Part shown: positions 10,570 through 20,592 of the stretch, one piece after another
Layout: the number at the start of each line of letters is the position of its first letter
Numbering within the stretch: position 1 is the first letter of the stretch
Origin: an uncultured delta proteobacterium
GTDB lineage: Bacteria > Myxococcota_A > UBA9160 > SZUA-336
Length of the DNA: 64,000 nt
Reading direction: 5' to 3'
NCBI GenBank assembly: GCA_963704165.1
Contig: CAVPHD010000005.1
Coordinates: forward strand, 64,001 to 128,000
Notes under the pieces: generated by a model
What the model saw: the letters and a program-made list of their open reading frames with translations, nothing else
The model's database searches: none
What the model was told of the DNA's origin: nothing
Translations under genes and position numbers: made by a program

Positions 10570-11903
10570 GCGGTGTCTCCCGAGCAGATCAGGCACGCGA
10601 GCCGCACGAGCAGCGCTCGATAGAGCTCCACCGCGTGGTGTAGCTCCGAGATGCGCGTGTGCTCGTTGGGCTTGTGCACGTTTCCCACCGACGGCCCCGG
10701 CCCGAGCACGATCGCCGAGAGTCCCGCCTGCGCCAGGAGACCCGCTTCGGTGCAGGTGGCCTTGGTCGCCTGGCGCGCGGGAAGGCCGACCGCGCGCTGC
10801 GCGTCGAGAGCCGCGCGGACGAGCTTCGAATCGCAGGTCGTCGCGAGCGGCGGATTGGCGCGAACGCAGCGGATCCGTGCGAAGGCGCGGAGCGGCTCCA
10901 CGAGAGCCTCGGCGTCTTCGCCGGGAATCGGCCGAACGTCGAAGCGGAACACCGCTTCGACTCCGTCGAGCGAGACGCATCCGAGGCTCGTCACGGTCCG
11001 CTCGGGATCGAAGTCCGGATCGCGTCGCGTGCCCGGCGACGCTTCGAAGCTCCGCCACGCTTCGAGAAAGCGGACGAGGCTCGTCTTCGCGAAGGCCGGT
11101 CCGGTCCAGGCGTCGCCCGTGGCTCTCGTCAGCAGGCCGATCTCGCAGCGATCGGGCACGACGTTCACGGCCGCGCCACCCTCGAGCGAGCAGATGCCGA
11201 GCGCTTCGCTCGACTCGAGCTCGCCGAGCGAGGCGAGGATCGCGTTCGTTCCGAGCAACGGTGCGCTCGAGTGCGCAGCGACCCCGAGCGAGACTCGTTT
11301 CGAGGCGAGGAGGACCTCGTTCTCGCCGATGCGTTCGAGGGGGACGCGCGCCTCGAAGACCGCGTAGCCCTTGTGCGCGCGGATGGCCACGAGCTCGGAC
11401 GGCTCACCGACGAGCGCATCGCGGAACCCGCGCGCGAGACCGCGTTCGATCAGCCAGCGTGCACCGATCAGGCCGACCTCTTCGCCGAAGGTTCCGATCA
11501 GCCGGATCGGCCTTCGCAGCCTCGCCCTCTCGATCGACGCCAACGCGATCGCCTTGCAGACGAAATCGACTTTGGCATCGGCCGACCCGAGACCGTAGAG
11601 CCGGTCGCCTTCACGCGTGGGACGGAACGGATCCAGGCCGGTCGCGGTCCACGCCCTGCGATCACCGGGCGGAACGGTGTCGAGATGGGTCACGAGCAGG
11701 AGGCCGCCCGTTCCGCTCTCGGGGCCCACGTCGCAGATCACCGCATGGTGTAGGGTTCCGGCGACCTGCGCCGCGTCGATCCTCGCGGGCAGGCCGAGCT
11801 CGCCGAGCAGCTCCGAAGCGAGAGCGGCGATCGCCCCGTTTCCGAGCCGCGACTCGGACGGGGTCGCAATGAAACGCTCGGCCCAGGCGATCAGGTCGGC
11901 CAT
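10560..11903 (-). CDS. M20 family metallo-deacylase (ArgE/DapE-like)
   Basis: HLDTV, YGLGSADAK, FGEE, GEPS and 'GPG..VHKPNE' motifs. Confidence 0.9.
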   Translation of the reverse strand: MADLIAWAERFIATPSESRLGNGAIAALASELLGELGLPARIDAAQVAGTLHHAVICDVGPESGTGGLLLVTHLDTVPPGDRRAWTATGLDPFRPTREGDRLYGLGSADAKVDFVCKAIALASIERARLRRPIRLIGTFGEEVGLIGARWLIERGLARGFRDALVGEPSELVAIRAHKGYAVFEARVPLERIGENEVLLASKRVSLGVAAHSSAPLLGTNAILASLGELESSEALGICSLEGGAAVNVVPDRCEIGLLTRATGDAWTGPAFAKTSLVRFLEAWRSFEASPGTRRDPDFDPERTVTSLGCVSLDGVEAVFRFDVRPIPGEDAEALVEPLRAFARIRCVRANPPLATTCDSKLVRAALDAQRAVGLPARQATKATCTEAGLLAQAGLSAIVLGPGPSVGNVHKPNEHTRISELHHAVELYRALLVRLACLICSGDTACS

Positions 11904-11924
11904 CCAGACCTCGAATCGACGCCC

Positions 11925-12251
11925 CTACTTGGCCGCTTGAATTGCCTCCGCGCAGCAGGGGCAGATCTGCCGCAGGTACTCGTACGTGTAGATCCCGCTG
12001 TCGTGCCCGTCGCTCCACTCGAACTGCAGCGCGTAGCGCCCGACCGGCGACACGCGAACCGGCTTCACGTCGTCCGGCACGCCATCGGGCCGGAGCAGCG
12101 GCCGGCCTGTGAACTCCTCGACGCAGTGCGCGCAGCGACATGCGAGTCGGAGGGTCCGGACCGCGTAGACGCTCTCGTGTCCGTCGTTCCAGGTGATGCG
12201 CAGCCTGTCGCCGCCCGCCTGGGCGATCGATGCGGGAGTCGGGGGGTTCAT
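11925..12251 (-). CDS. DUF971 / gamma-butyrobetaine hydroxylase-like N-terminal domain protein
   Basis: 'WNDGH..LRLACRCAHC..VGRYALQFEWSDGHDSGIYTYEYL'. Confidence 0.9.
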   Translation of the reverse strand: MNPPTPASIAQAGGDRLRITWNDGHESVYAVRTLRLACRCAHCVEEFTGRPLLRPDGVPDDVKPVRVSPVGRYALQFEWSDGHDSGIYTYEYLRQICPCCAEAIQAAK

Positions 12252-12313
12252 CGCGACGAAGATAGCTCGTGTCTGGGCTAAGATCCCCGCGCGCGCGGCG
12301 CGGAGGTGCACGG

Positions 12314-12991
12314 ATGTCGAAGGAAGCGGTGGCGATCCTGGGCGGAACCGGCGAGCAGGGGCTCGGGCTCGCGTACCGCTTCGCGCTGGCGGGTCGTCCG
12401 GTTCGTATCGGCAGCCGCAAGGAGGATCGCGCCCTCGAGGCGATGCGCGACGTCGTCGCCAAGGTTCCGGGCGCCGATGTCTCGGGCCACGAGAACGCCG
12501 CGGCCGTGCGCGCCACGCCCGGTGGGATCGTGATCCTCTCGGTGCCGTTCGAGCACATGGCGGGAACGATCAAATCCGTCCGCGAGCTGCTCGTTCCCGG
12601 CACCGTCGTCGTCTCGATGGGCGTCCCGCTCGCGAGCGCGATCGGCGACGTCGCTTCGCGAGTGATCGGCGTCTCGCAGGGCTCGTGCGCCGAGATGTGC
12701 GAGGCCCTCGCACCCCAAGGTGTGCCGGTGATCTCCGCATTCCAGAACGTGGCGGCGCATCGGCTGCTCGATCTGCCGCATCCGGTCGATTGCGACGTGA
12801 TCGTCTCCGGCGCCAAGGAGCCTCGCGCGCGCGTGATGGCGCTCTGCGGCGACATTCCCGGCACGCGCGCCATCGACGGCGGACCGCTCTACAACGCGCG
12901 CTACGTCGAGCAGATCACGGCGCTGCTGATCGGGATCAACATCCGCCTGAAGAAGCCCGAAGGCGTGGGGTTCCGACTCACCTATCTGTAG
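12314..12991 (+). CDS. npdG: NADPH-dependent F420 reductase (F420H2:NADP+ oxidoreductase)
   Basis: 'ILGGTGEQGLGLAYRFA..IGSR', 'LSVPF', 'SAFQNV', 'IDGGPLYNARYVEQITALLIGINIR'. Confidence 0.88.
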   Translation: MSKEAVAILGGTGEQGLGLAYRFALAGRPVRIGSRKEDRALEAMRDVVAKVPGADVSGHENAAAVRATPGGIVILSVPFEHMAGTIKSVRELLVPGTVVVSMGVPLASAIGDVASRVIGVSQGSCAEMCEALAPQGVPVISAFQNVAAHRLLDLPHPVDCDVIVSGAKEPRARVMALCGDIPGTRAIDGGPLYNARYVEQITALLIGINIRLKKPEGVGFRLTYL

Positions 12992-14831
12992 AGGCACCCG
13001 AGTCGGAGCCGGGAATGGCCGTCGAGGGTAGCTGGCCGGGCGGCGAGTCGAGCTCGAGCCCGACGCTGCGCATCAGCGCGAGCGCGTTGCTGCGCTGGAC
13101 CACGCCTTCGCGAAGCCGGTAGTCGAAGTGAAGCTCGCCGTCGCGGAGCTCGTCCTCGAAGTGGGCGTTGCGCGCGCGCGGCGCGAGCTCGTCGACCATC
13201 GCGGTCAGTGCGAGGTCGTGCGTCGTCACCAGGCCGATCGCGCCGCGCGCGAGCAGGCCGCGCACGAGCGCGCTCGCGCCGATGCCGCGATCGTGCGAGT
13301 TCGTCCCCTGCAGGATCTCGTCGAGCAGGAAGAGCGCCGGTCGCGGTCCGGCGCAGAGGTTCACGACCCGTCGCAGACAGAGCAGCTCTGCGAAGAAGCG
13401 AGACGCGCCTTCCTGGAGCGAGTCCTGCACGCGCAGCGAGGCGCCGAGAGAAAGGGGCGAGACGCGCAAGCTCGTCGCGCGCACGGGTGCGCCCGCGAGC
13501 GCGAGAACGAGCGCGGTCCCGACGCTGCGCAGAAGCGTGCTCTTCCCCGACATGTTGGACCCCGACACCACGATCAGCGCGAGCGTCGAGTCGAGCGAGA
13601 GGTCGTTGCGCACGCAGGCCGCCTCGGCGAGCAGCGGATGGCCGAGCCCGCGCGCGTCGAACACCGGACCCGCTTCGACGAGGTCCGGGAACGGATCCGC
13701 GGGGTGCTCGTAGGCGTGGGCGGCCAGGTCGCAGAGCGCCTCGAGTTCGCCGAGCGCTTCGAGCCAGCCCGCGAGTCGACCGCCGCAGCGCGCGCGCCAG
13801 GCCTCGAGCGCGAAGGCGAGCTGTGTGCCCCACAGGAGCAGGAGCGAGATCGGCGCGAAGATCTGGTTCCGCCGCCAATCGAGAAGCGTCACCAGTCGGT
13901 GTATTCGCGCCAGCTCTCGCGATGCGGCCACGCCTTCGGTCTCGAGCGCCGCCCGCAGTTCGACCAGGCGAGGCGCCGAGACCGGCTCGCGTTCGACGCG
14001 CTCGATCAGCGCGGAGAGCTGAGCCAGATCGCGTGCCGGGGTTTCGATCGACGCGAGCACGTTCGAGACGCGCGTGCGCAGGACGCCGACGAACACGGAC
14101 TGCGCGGCTATGGCGACGAGCGCGAGGGTCCAGCCCGAAGCGCCGAGAAGTGCCGCGACGACCGCGAACGTGCTCATGGCGGCGAGCAGCGCCGCGGCGA
14201 CGCGAAGCGCTCCGCCCGAAAGCTCGAGCTTCGCGTTTCCCCAGTGCACCAGCGGCTCCGGATGCACGCCGTGGCGGATCTCGGGCCCGAGCACGGCCAG
14301 ATCCTCGCGCAGATCGAGCCCCTCGCGAAGCTCGGCCACGGCGACGTGCCGCGCGCGGAGCTCGTCGGGTTCCGATGGCGTGAGCAGCCAGCTCGCGAGG
14401 CGATCCTGGCCGGCGCGGGTCTCCGCGCGCGAGAGCAGCTCGAAGAGTGACCCGCGACCGAACAGATCCAGGTGCATCGCGTAGGGATGCTCGGGGTCGA
14501 GGTAGCGCTCGCCGGTTCGTCCCCGTCCGGCGAACCGATGCGCCATTCGCGCGAGCGCGAGCTCGTGGTGGTCTCGCGCGCGCTCGGCGCGAAGGCGCCT
14601 CTGCCTCGCGGCGTCGTGGGTGACGACGAGCGCGAGGAAGATCCCCAGCACCGGAATCAGCCACAGCGCCGAGAACGCCCGCTCTGCGAGCGCGAGCCAG
14701 CCGACCGCGAGCGCGACCGCGAACGCGCCGAGCCGCAGGTTCGAGATCCGTCGTGCGTCGCGCGCGGCTTTCTCTCGCACGGCGGTGCGCTCGGCGAGTC
14801 GCTCGCGATGGACCTCGGCCGCTTCTCTCAT
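12978..14831 (-). CDS. MutS-related ATPase (domain V only) with N-terminal transmembrane helices
   Basis: 'SGSNMSGKSTLLR', 'DSLQEGASRFFAE', 'LLDEILQGTNS' and 'VTTHD'. Hydrophobic hairpins near the N-terminus and mid-protein; no mismatch-recognition domain. Confidence 0.88.
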   Translation of the reverse strand: MREAAEVHRERLAERTAVREKAARDARRISNLRLGAFAVALAVGWLALAERAFSALWLIPVLGIFLALVVTHDAARQRRLRAERARDHHELALARMAHRFAGRGRTGERYLDPEHPYAMHLDLFGRGSLFELLSRAETRAGQDRLASWLLTPSEPDELRARHVAVAELREGLDLREDLAVLGPEIRHGVHPEPLVHWGNAKLELSGGALRVAAALLAAMSTFAVVAALLGASGWTLALVAIAAQSVFVGVLRTRVSNVLASIETPARDLAQLSALIERVEREPVSAPRLVELRAALETEGVAASRELARIHRLVTLLDWRRNQIFAPISLLLLWGTQLAFALEAWRARCGGRLAGWLEALGELEALCDLAAHAYEHPADPFPDLVEAGPVFDARGLGHPLLAEAACVRNDLSLDSTLALIVVSGSNMSGKSTLLRSVGTALVLALAGAPVRATSLRVSPLSLGASLRVQDSLQEGASRFFAELLCLRRVVNLCAGPRPALFLLDEILQGTNSHDRGIGASALVRGLLARGAIGLVTTHDLALTAMVDELAPRARNAHFEDELRDGELHFDYRLREGVVQRSNALALMRSVGLELDSPPGQLPSTAIPGSDSGASTDR

Positions 14832-14855
14832 GCGCGCGAGCGTAGCGTCGCCTGA

Positions 14856-17179
<2,324 letters not shown>

Positions 17180-17200
17180 TCGCGCACGAGCGCGATCCTG

Positions 17201-17827
17201 CTACGACCAGGCGAACACCGGCTGTTCGTAATGCGCGACGCGGGTATTGCGACCGTGCAGCGCGACTTCGTGCAGCTGGTAGAGCACGGCGGCGGTCGGG
17301 GCGTGGATGCTCGTGCCGAGTGCGGCGATCGGCAGCGAGAGTACCGGGCGGTCGCTCTCGGGGATCGCGCTGAGCCGCGGAATCTCGGGGTTCTCGAGTT
17401 CGCGCACGGGCACGACGTGGACGGCTTCGACCTCGTCCGGGTTGGGCACGAGCACGCGCGCGTCGCCGCCCCAGCAGACGACGGGCGTGATCAGGTAGCC
17501 CGAGCGCGTGACGAAGTCGTCGAGCCGGCCGAGCACGGAGTCGGGTGCGAGCGCCAGGCCGAGCTCTTCGCGGAGCTCGCGCAGCGCGGTCTCTTCGGCG
17601 CTCTCGCCGGGATCGACCCGCCCGCCGGGAAGCGCCCATTGCCCCGCGTGATTGCGCAGGCCCGAGGTGCGGCGCGTGATCAGGAAGCAGGCCTGGCCCG
17701 AGGCGTCACCGACCAGTGTTGCCGCGACGGCCGCGTGCTTGAGCGCGGGGTCGGGGCGCGCATGGCGGGCGAAACGGGCGAGGTGGACTTCGACGCGCGT
17801 GCGCAGAGCCGCATCGAAGTCGCTCAC
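17201..17827 (-). CDS. Nudix hydrolase, CoA pyrophosphatase (NudL-like)
   Basis: 'LRNHAGQWALPGGRVDPGESAEETALRELREELG' and 'NPDEV'. Confidence 0.9.
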   Translation of the reverse strand: MSDFDAALRTRVEVHLARFARHARPDPALKHAAVAATLVGDASGQACFLITRRTSGLRNHAGQWALPGGRVDPGESAEETALRELREELGLALAPDSVLGRLDDFVTRSGYLITPVVCWGGDARVLVPNPDEVEAVHVVPVRELENPEIPRLSAIPESDRPVLSLPIAALGTSIHAPTAAVLYQLHEVALHGRNTRVAHYEQPVFAWS

Positions 17828-17829
17828 CG

Positions 17830-18993
17830 TCAGTCCTTCGGCAGGTGCAGGATGCGCTCGGCGATGATGTTCTTCTGGATGTTCGGCGTGCCGCCGCCGA
17901 TCACGACCTCGGGCCAGTTGAGCGCGCCGGTCGCCCAGCGTCCGCCATCGACGGCCTCGTCGGCGCCACGCAGGTACTGGTTTGCGTTGCCGAGCAGCTC
18001 GAGCGCGAAGTCGCCCATCTCGACCTCGAGGTCCGCGCGGTGCAGCTTGTTCACGCTGGTTTCGCTCGAGAGCGGCTCGCCGCGGAGCTGCTTGGTCAGG
18101 TAGCGAAGTCCGTTCAGGCGCATCGCCTCGATCTTCGCCTCGAAGACCGCGAGCTGCCGGCGCACGCGCGGATCCTTCGCGGCGGGCGCGCCGTTTCGCA
18201 GCGAGCGCTGCGCGAGCTCGCGCAGGTCCTCGAGCTTGCGGAACATCGCGGTGACCTCCGCGATGCTCGAGCGCTCGCTCGCCAGCGCCGACACCGTCAC
18301 CTGCCAACCCTGGCCCTCGGCGCCGAGCCGGTTCTCGACCGGAACGCGGACGTCGTTGAAGAACACCTCGGCGAACATCGACGAGCCCGACATGTTCTGG
18401 ATCGGACGAACCTCGATGCCGGGCGTCGCCATCTCGACGAGCAGACACGTGATGCCATCGTGCTTCGATTCCGAGCTCGAGTCCGTGCGCACCAGCAGGA
18501 TCATCCACTTCGACCACATCGCGATCGAAGTCCAGATCTTCTGGCCGTTCACGACGTAGACATCGCCCTCGCGGACACCCTTGCACTGCAGCGACGCGAG
18601 ATCGCTGCCGACGTCGGGCTCGGAGTAGCCGGTGCACCACTGGTACTTGCCGTCGAGGATGTCGGGGATGAAGCGCTGCTTCTGCGCCTCGGTGCCGTAC
18701 TGCACGATCGACGGGCCGACCCAGGCCAGGCCCATGAAGCAGGAGCCGAGCGCCGGTGCGTGCCGCTTCGACATCTCGTCCTTCAGGATCACCTGCTCGA
18801 CGATGCCGCCGCCGCCGCCGCCGACTTCCTTCGGCCAGGAGAATCCGACCCAGCGCTTCTCGCGCACCTTGCGGTTCCACTCCGCAATGAATGCGAAGTC
18901 GCTGCGGTTCGCGCTCTCGGGCAGGTTCTCGTCGAGGAACGCGCGGACCTCGTCGCGAAAGGCTTCCTCTTCGGGGCTGAACTTGAAGTCCAT
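17830..18993 (-). CDS. Acyl-CoA dehydrogenase
   Basis: MDFKFSPEEEAFR start, 'YSEPDVGSDLASL', 'NGQKIWTS' and 'IGGGTPNIQKNIIAERIL'. Confidence 0.93.
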   Translation of the reverse strand: MDFKFSPEEEAFRDEVRAFLDENLPESANRSDFAFIAEWNRKVREKRWVGFSWPKEVGGGGGGIVEQVILKDEMSKRHAPALGSCFMGLAWVGPSIVQYGTEAQKQRFIPDILDGKYQWCTGYSEPDVGSDLASLQCKGVREGDVYVVNGQKIWTSIAMWSKWMILLVRTDSSSESKHDGITCLLVEMATPGIEVRPIQNMSGSSMFAEVFFNDVRVPVENRLGAEGQGWQVTVSALASERSSIAEVTAMFRKLEDLRELAQRSLRNGAPAAKDPRVRRQLAVFEAKIEAMRLNGLRYLTKQLRGEPLSSETSVNKLHRADLEVEMGDFALELLGNANQYLRGADEAVDGGRWATGALNWPEVVIGGGTPNIQKNIIAERILHLPKD

Positions 18994-20138
18994 CACAGAC
19001 CTCCCAGGGTGGCGACGCGTTCGTAGTGGAAGTCGGAATCGCCGAACGTCGGCCGGGCCCACTTCGAACGCTTCAGGTAGAGCTGGATGTCGTACTCCGC
19101 CGTGTAGCCGACCGCGCCGTGGAGCTGCACGCCGTCGATGCCGATGCGCGCGAACGCGTCGCTGGCGTAGGCCTTCGCGAGCGATGCGGAGCGCGGAACC
19201 TCGCCCGGACTCTCGTCGAGCGCCCAGGCCGCGTAGTAGAGGAGCGACTTGGTCGACTCGATGTCGACGTACATCTCGGCCAGCGGGTGCTTCACGCCCT
19301 GGTACTTGCCGATCGGGTTGCCGAACTGGATCCGGTCCTTCGCGTACTGCACGGTGAGCGCGAGCGCGCCCTCCGCGGCACCGATCATCTCGCCCGTGGT
19401 CGCGATCGCGCCGCGGTCGAAGAGCCGCTCGATCGCGGGCCACGCGTTCCCGATCCGGCCGCGACCGTCCGAGCCGAGCAGGAGCGCGCTCTTCGGCACG
19501 CGCGCATCGCTGAGCGTGAGCGTGCCGACGCGCTTGGTCTGGTCCATCGTCGGAAGGCTCGTCGCGCTCACGCCCGGCGCACCCCCGTCGACGACGGCGA
19601 GCGCGAGATCCTCGGCGCCCGCGCCGGTGCGAAACGCGACGACGAAGAGATTTGCGGCGCCCGCGTCGGCGACGAAGTGCTTGCTGCCGTTCAATACGAA
19701 CGAGTCGCCGTCGGGTTTGCCGAGCAGCGCGATGCCGGACGGTGCGAGCAGGTCGCGTGCCTCGAGGAGCGCGAGCGTCCCGATCCGGCTGCCGTCGGCG
19801 ATCCCGGGCAGCCAGCGCGCCTTCTGCTCGTCGCTGCCCGAATCGAGAATTGCGGCGGCGGCGAGCGTGGTCGAGACGAGCGGCGACGGGAAGAGCGATC
19901 GGCCGGTCTCTTCCAGAAGGACGATGAAATCGATCCAACTGAGCCCCGCTCCGCCGTGGGTCTCGGGGATCGTGAGCCCGAGCCAGCCGAGTTCGGCGAG
20001 CTCCGACCAGAGTTCGACGGAGTAGCCGGGGCCGGTCTCCATCAACGCACGCACCTGGTCGAGCGGGCAGCGCCCGTCGAGGAGCTTGCGCACCTCGGCG
20101 CGCAGCAGTTCCTGTTCTTCCGAGAATCCGAAATCCAT
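18993..20138 (-). CDS. Acyl-CoA dehydrogenase (partner-subunit type)
   Basis: MDFGFSEEQELLR start, 'YAKDRIQFGNPIGKYQGVKH' and 'QLHGAVGYTAE'. Stop overlaps the next start. Confidence 0.93.
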   Translation of the reverse strand: MDFGFSEEQELLRAEVRKLLDGRCPLDQVRALMETGPGYSVELWSELAELGWLGLTIPETHGGAGLSWIDFIVLLEETGRSLFPSPLVSTTLAAAAILDSGSDEQKARWLPGIADGSRIGTLALLEARDLLAPSGIALLGKPDGDSFVLNGSKHFVADAGAANLFVVAFRTGAGAEDLALAVVDGGAPGVSATSLPTMDQTKRVGTLTLSDARVPKSALLLGSDGRGRIGNAWPAIERLFDRGAIATTGEMIGAAEGALALTVQYAKDRIQFGNPIGKYQGVKHPLAEMYVDIESTKSLLYYAAWALDESPGEVPRSASLAKAYASDAFARIGIDGVQLHGAVGYTAEYDIQLYLKRSKWARPTFGDSDFHYERVATLGGL

Positions 20139-20324
20139 GGGGGTTCCTCGCTGGTCCGCGGCGATCATCTCACGCCTCGCGACCCGCGGCATCCCGGCCC
20201 GAGGTCGGTCGGATGAAACCCCTGCGATCTCGGGCAGTTCCGCTCGCCTCTCGAACCGACCGATGGGTCGGGTCGGCGTGGAACCCTGCGAGGGGGATTT
20301 CCATCGGTCCAGAAAGCCAAGAAA

Positions 20325-20371
20325 ACTCCATATCTTGGAGATCGAGCGCCGATACACTCAACATCTTGTGG
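20325..20371 (+). promoter_or_regulatory. Tandem NrdR boxes
   Basis: ACTCCATATCTTGGAG (20325-20340) and ACTCAACATCTTGTGG (20356-20371), 31 bp start to start, resembling the acaCwAtATaTwGtg consensus. Directly upstream of a ribonucleotide reductase. Confidence 0.75.
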
Positions 20372-20380
20372 TGTTCCACG

Positions 20381-20409
20381 TTGACCCGACCCGGATGCCG
20401 GAGTAAAAA
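20381..20409 (+). promoter_or_regulatory. Putative sigma70 promoter of nrdJ
   Basis: TTGACC-17 bp-TAAAAA immediately downstream of the NrdR boxes. Confidence 0.55.
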
Positions 20410-20592
20410 GAACCTCCGGGATTCAAGGATTCTTCCTCGGCAGCCAGGGGGGCTACGGGCGGCAGAGGGGAAGCGGGCGGAGCGCTCAGGAGGAGGGCTT
20501 TCGTCCGGGGGCCCTGACGGTCAGGGCCTCTCCTTGGCCCGGAAATTTTCTCGTTGCAGGTATCGGGACAGCGGGTCCGAGGGGGGCACAGA

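Noticed and set aside
8542..11058. 838-aa ORF suggesting an AstA-AstD fusion
   Set aside because: The junction reads as out-of-frame sequence. Two small indels near 9580-9635 restore a separate astA stop (9527) overlapping an astD start (9534) that has its own SD.
20410..20592. Cobalamin riboswitch in the nrdJ leader
   Set aside because: I could not find the conserved GGGAA..GGTG.AA.TCC or GCCACTG (B12 box) elements by eye. An Infernal scan would settle it.
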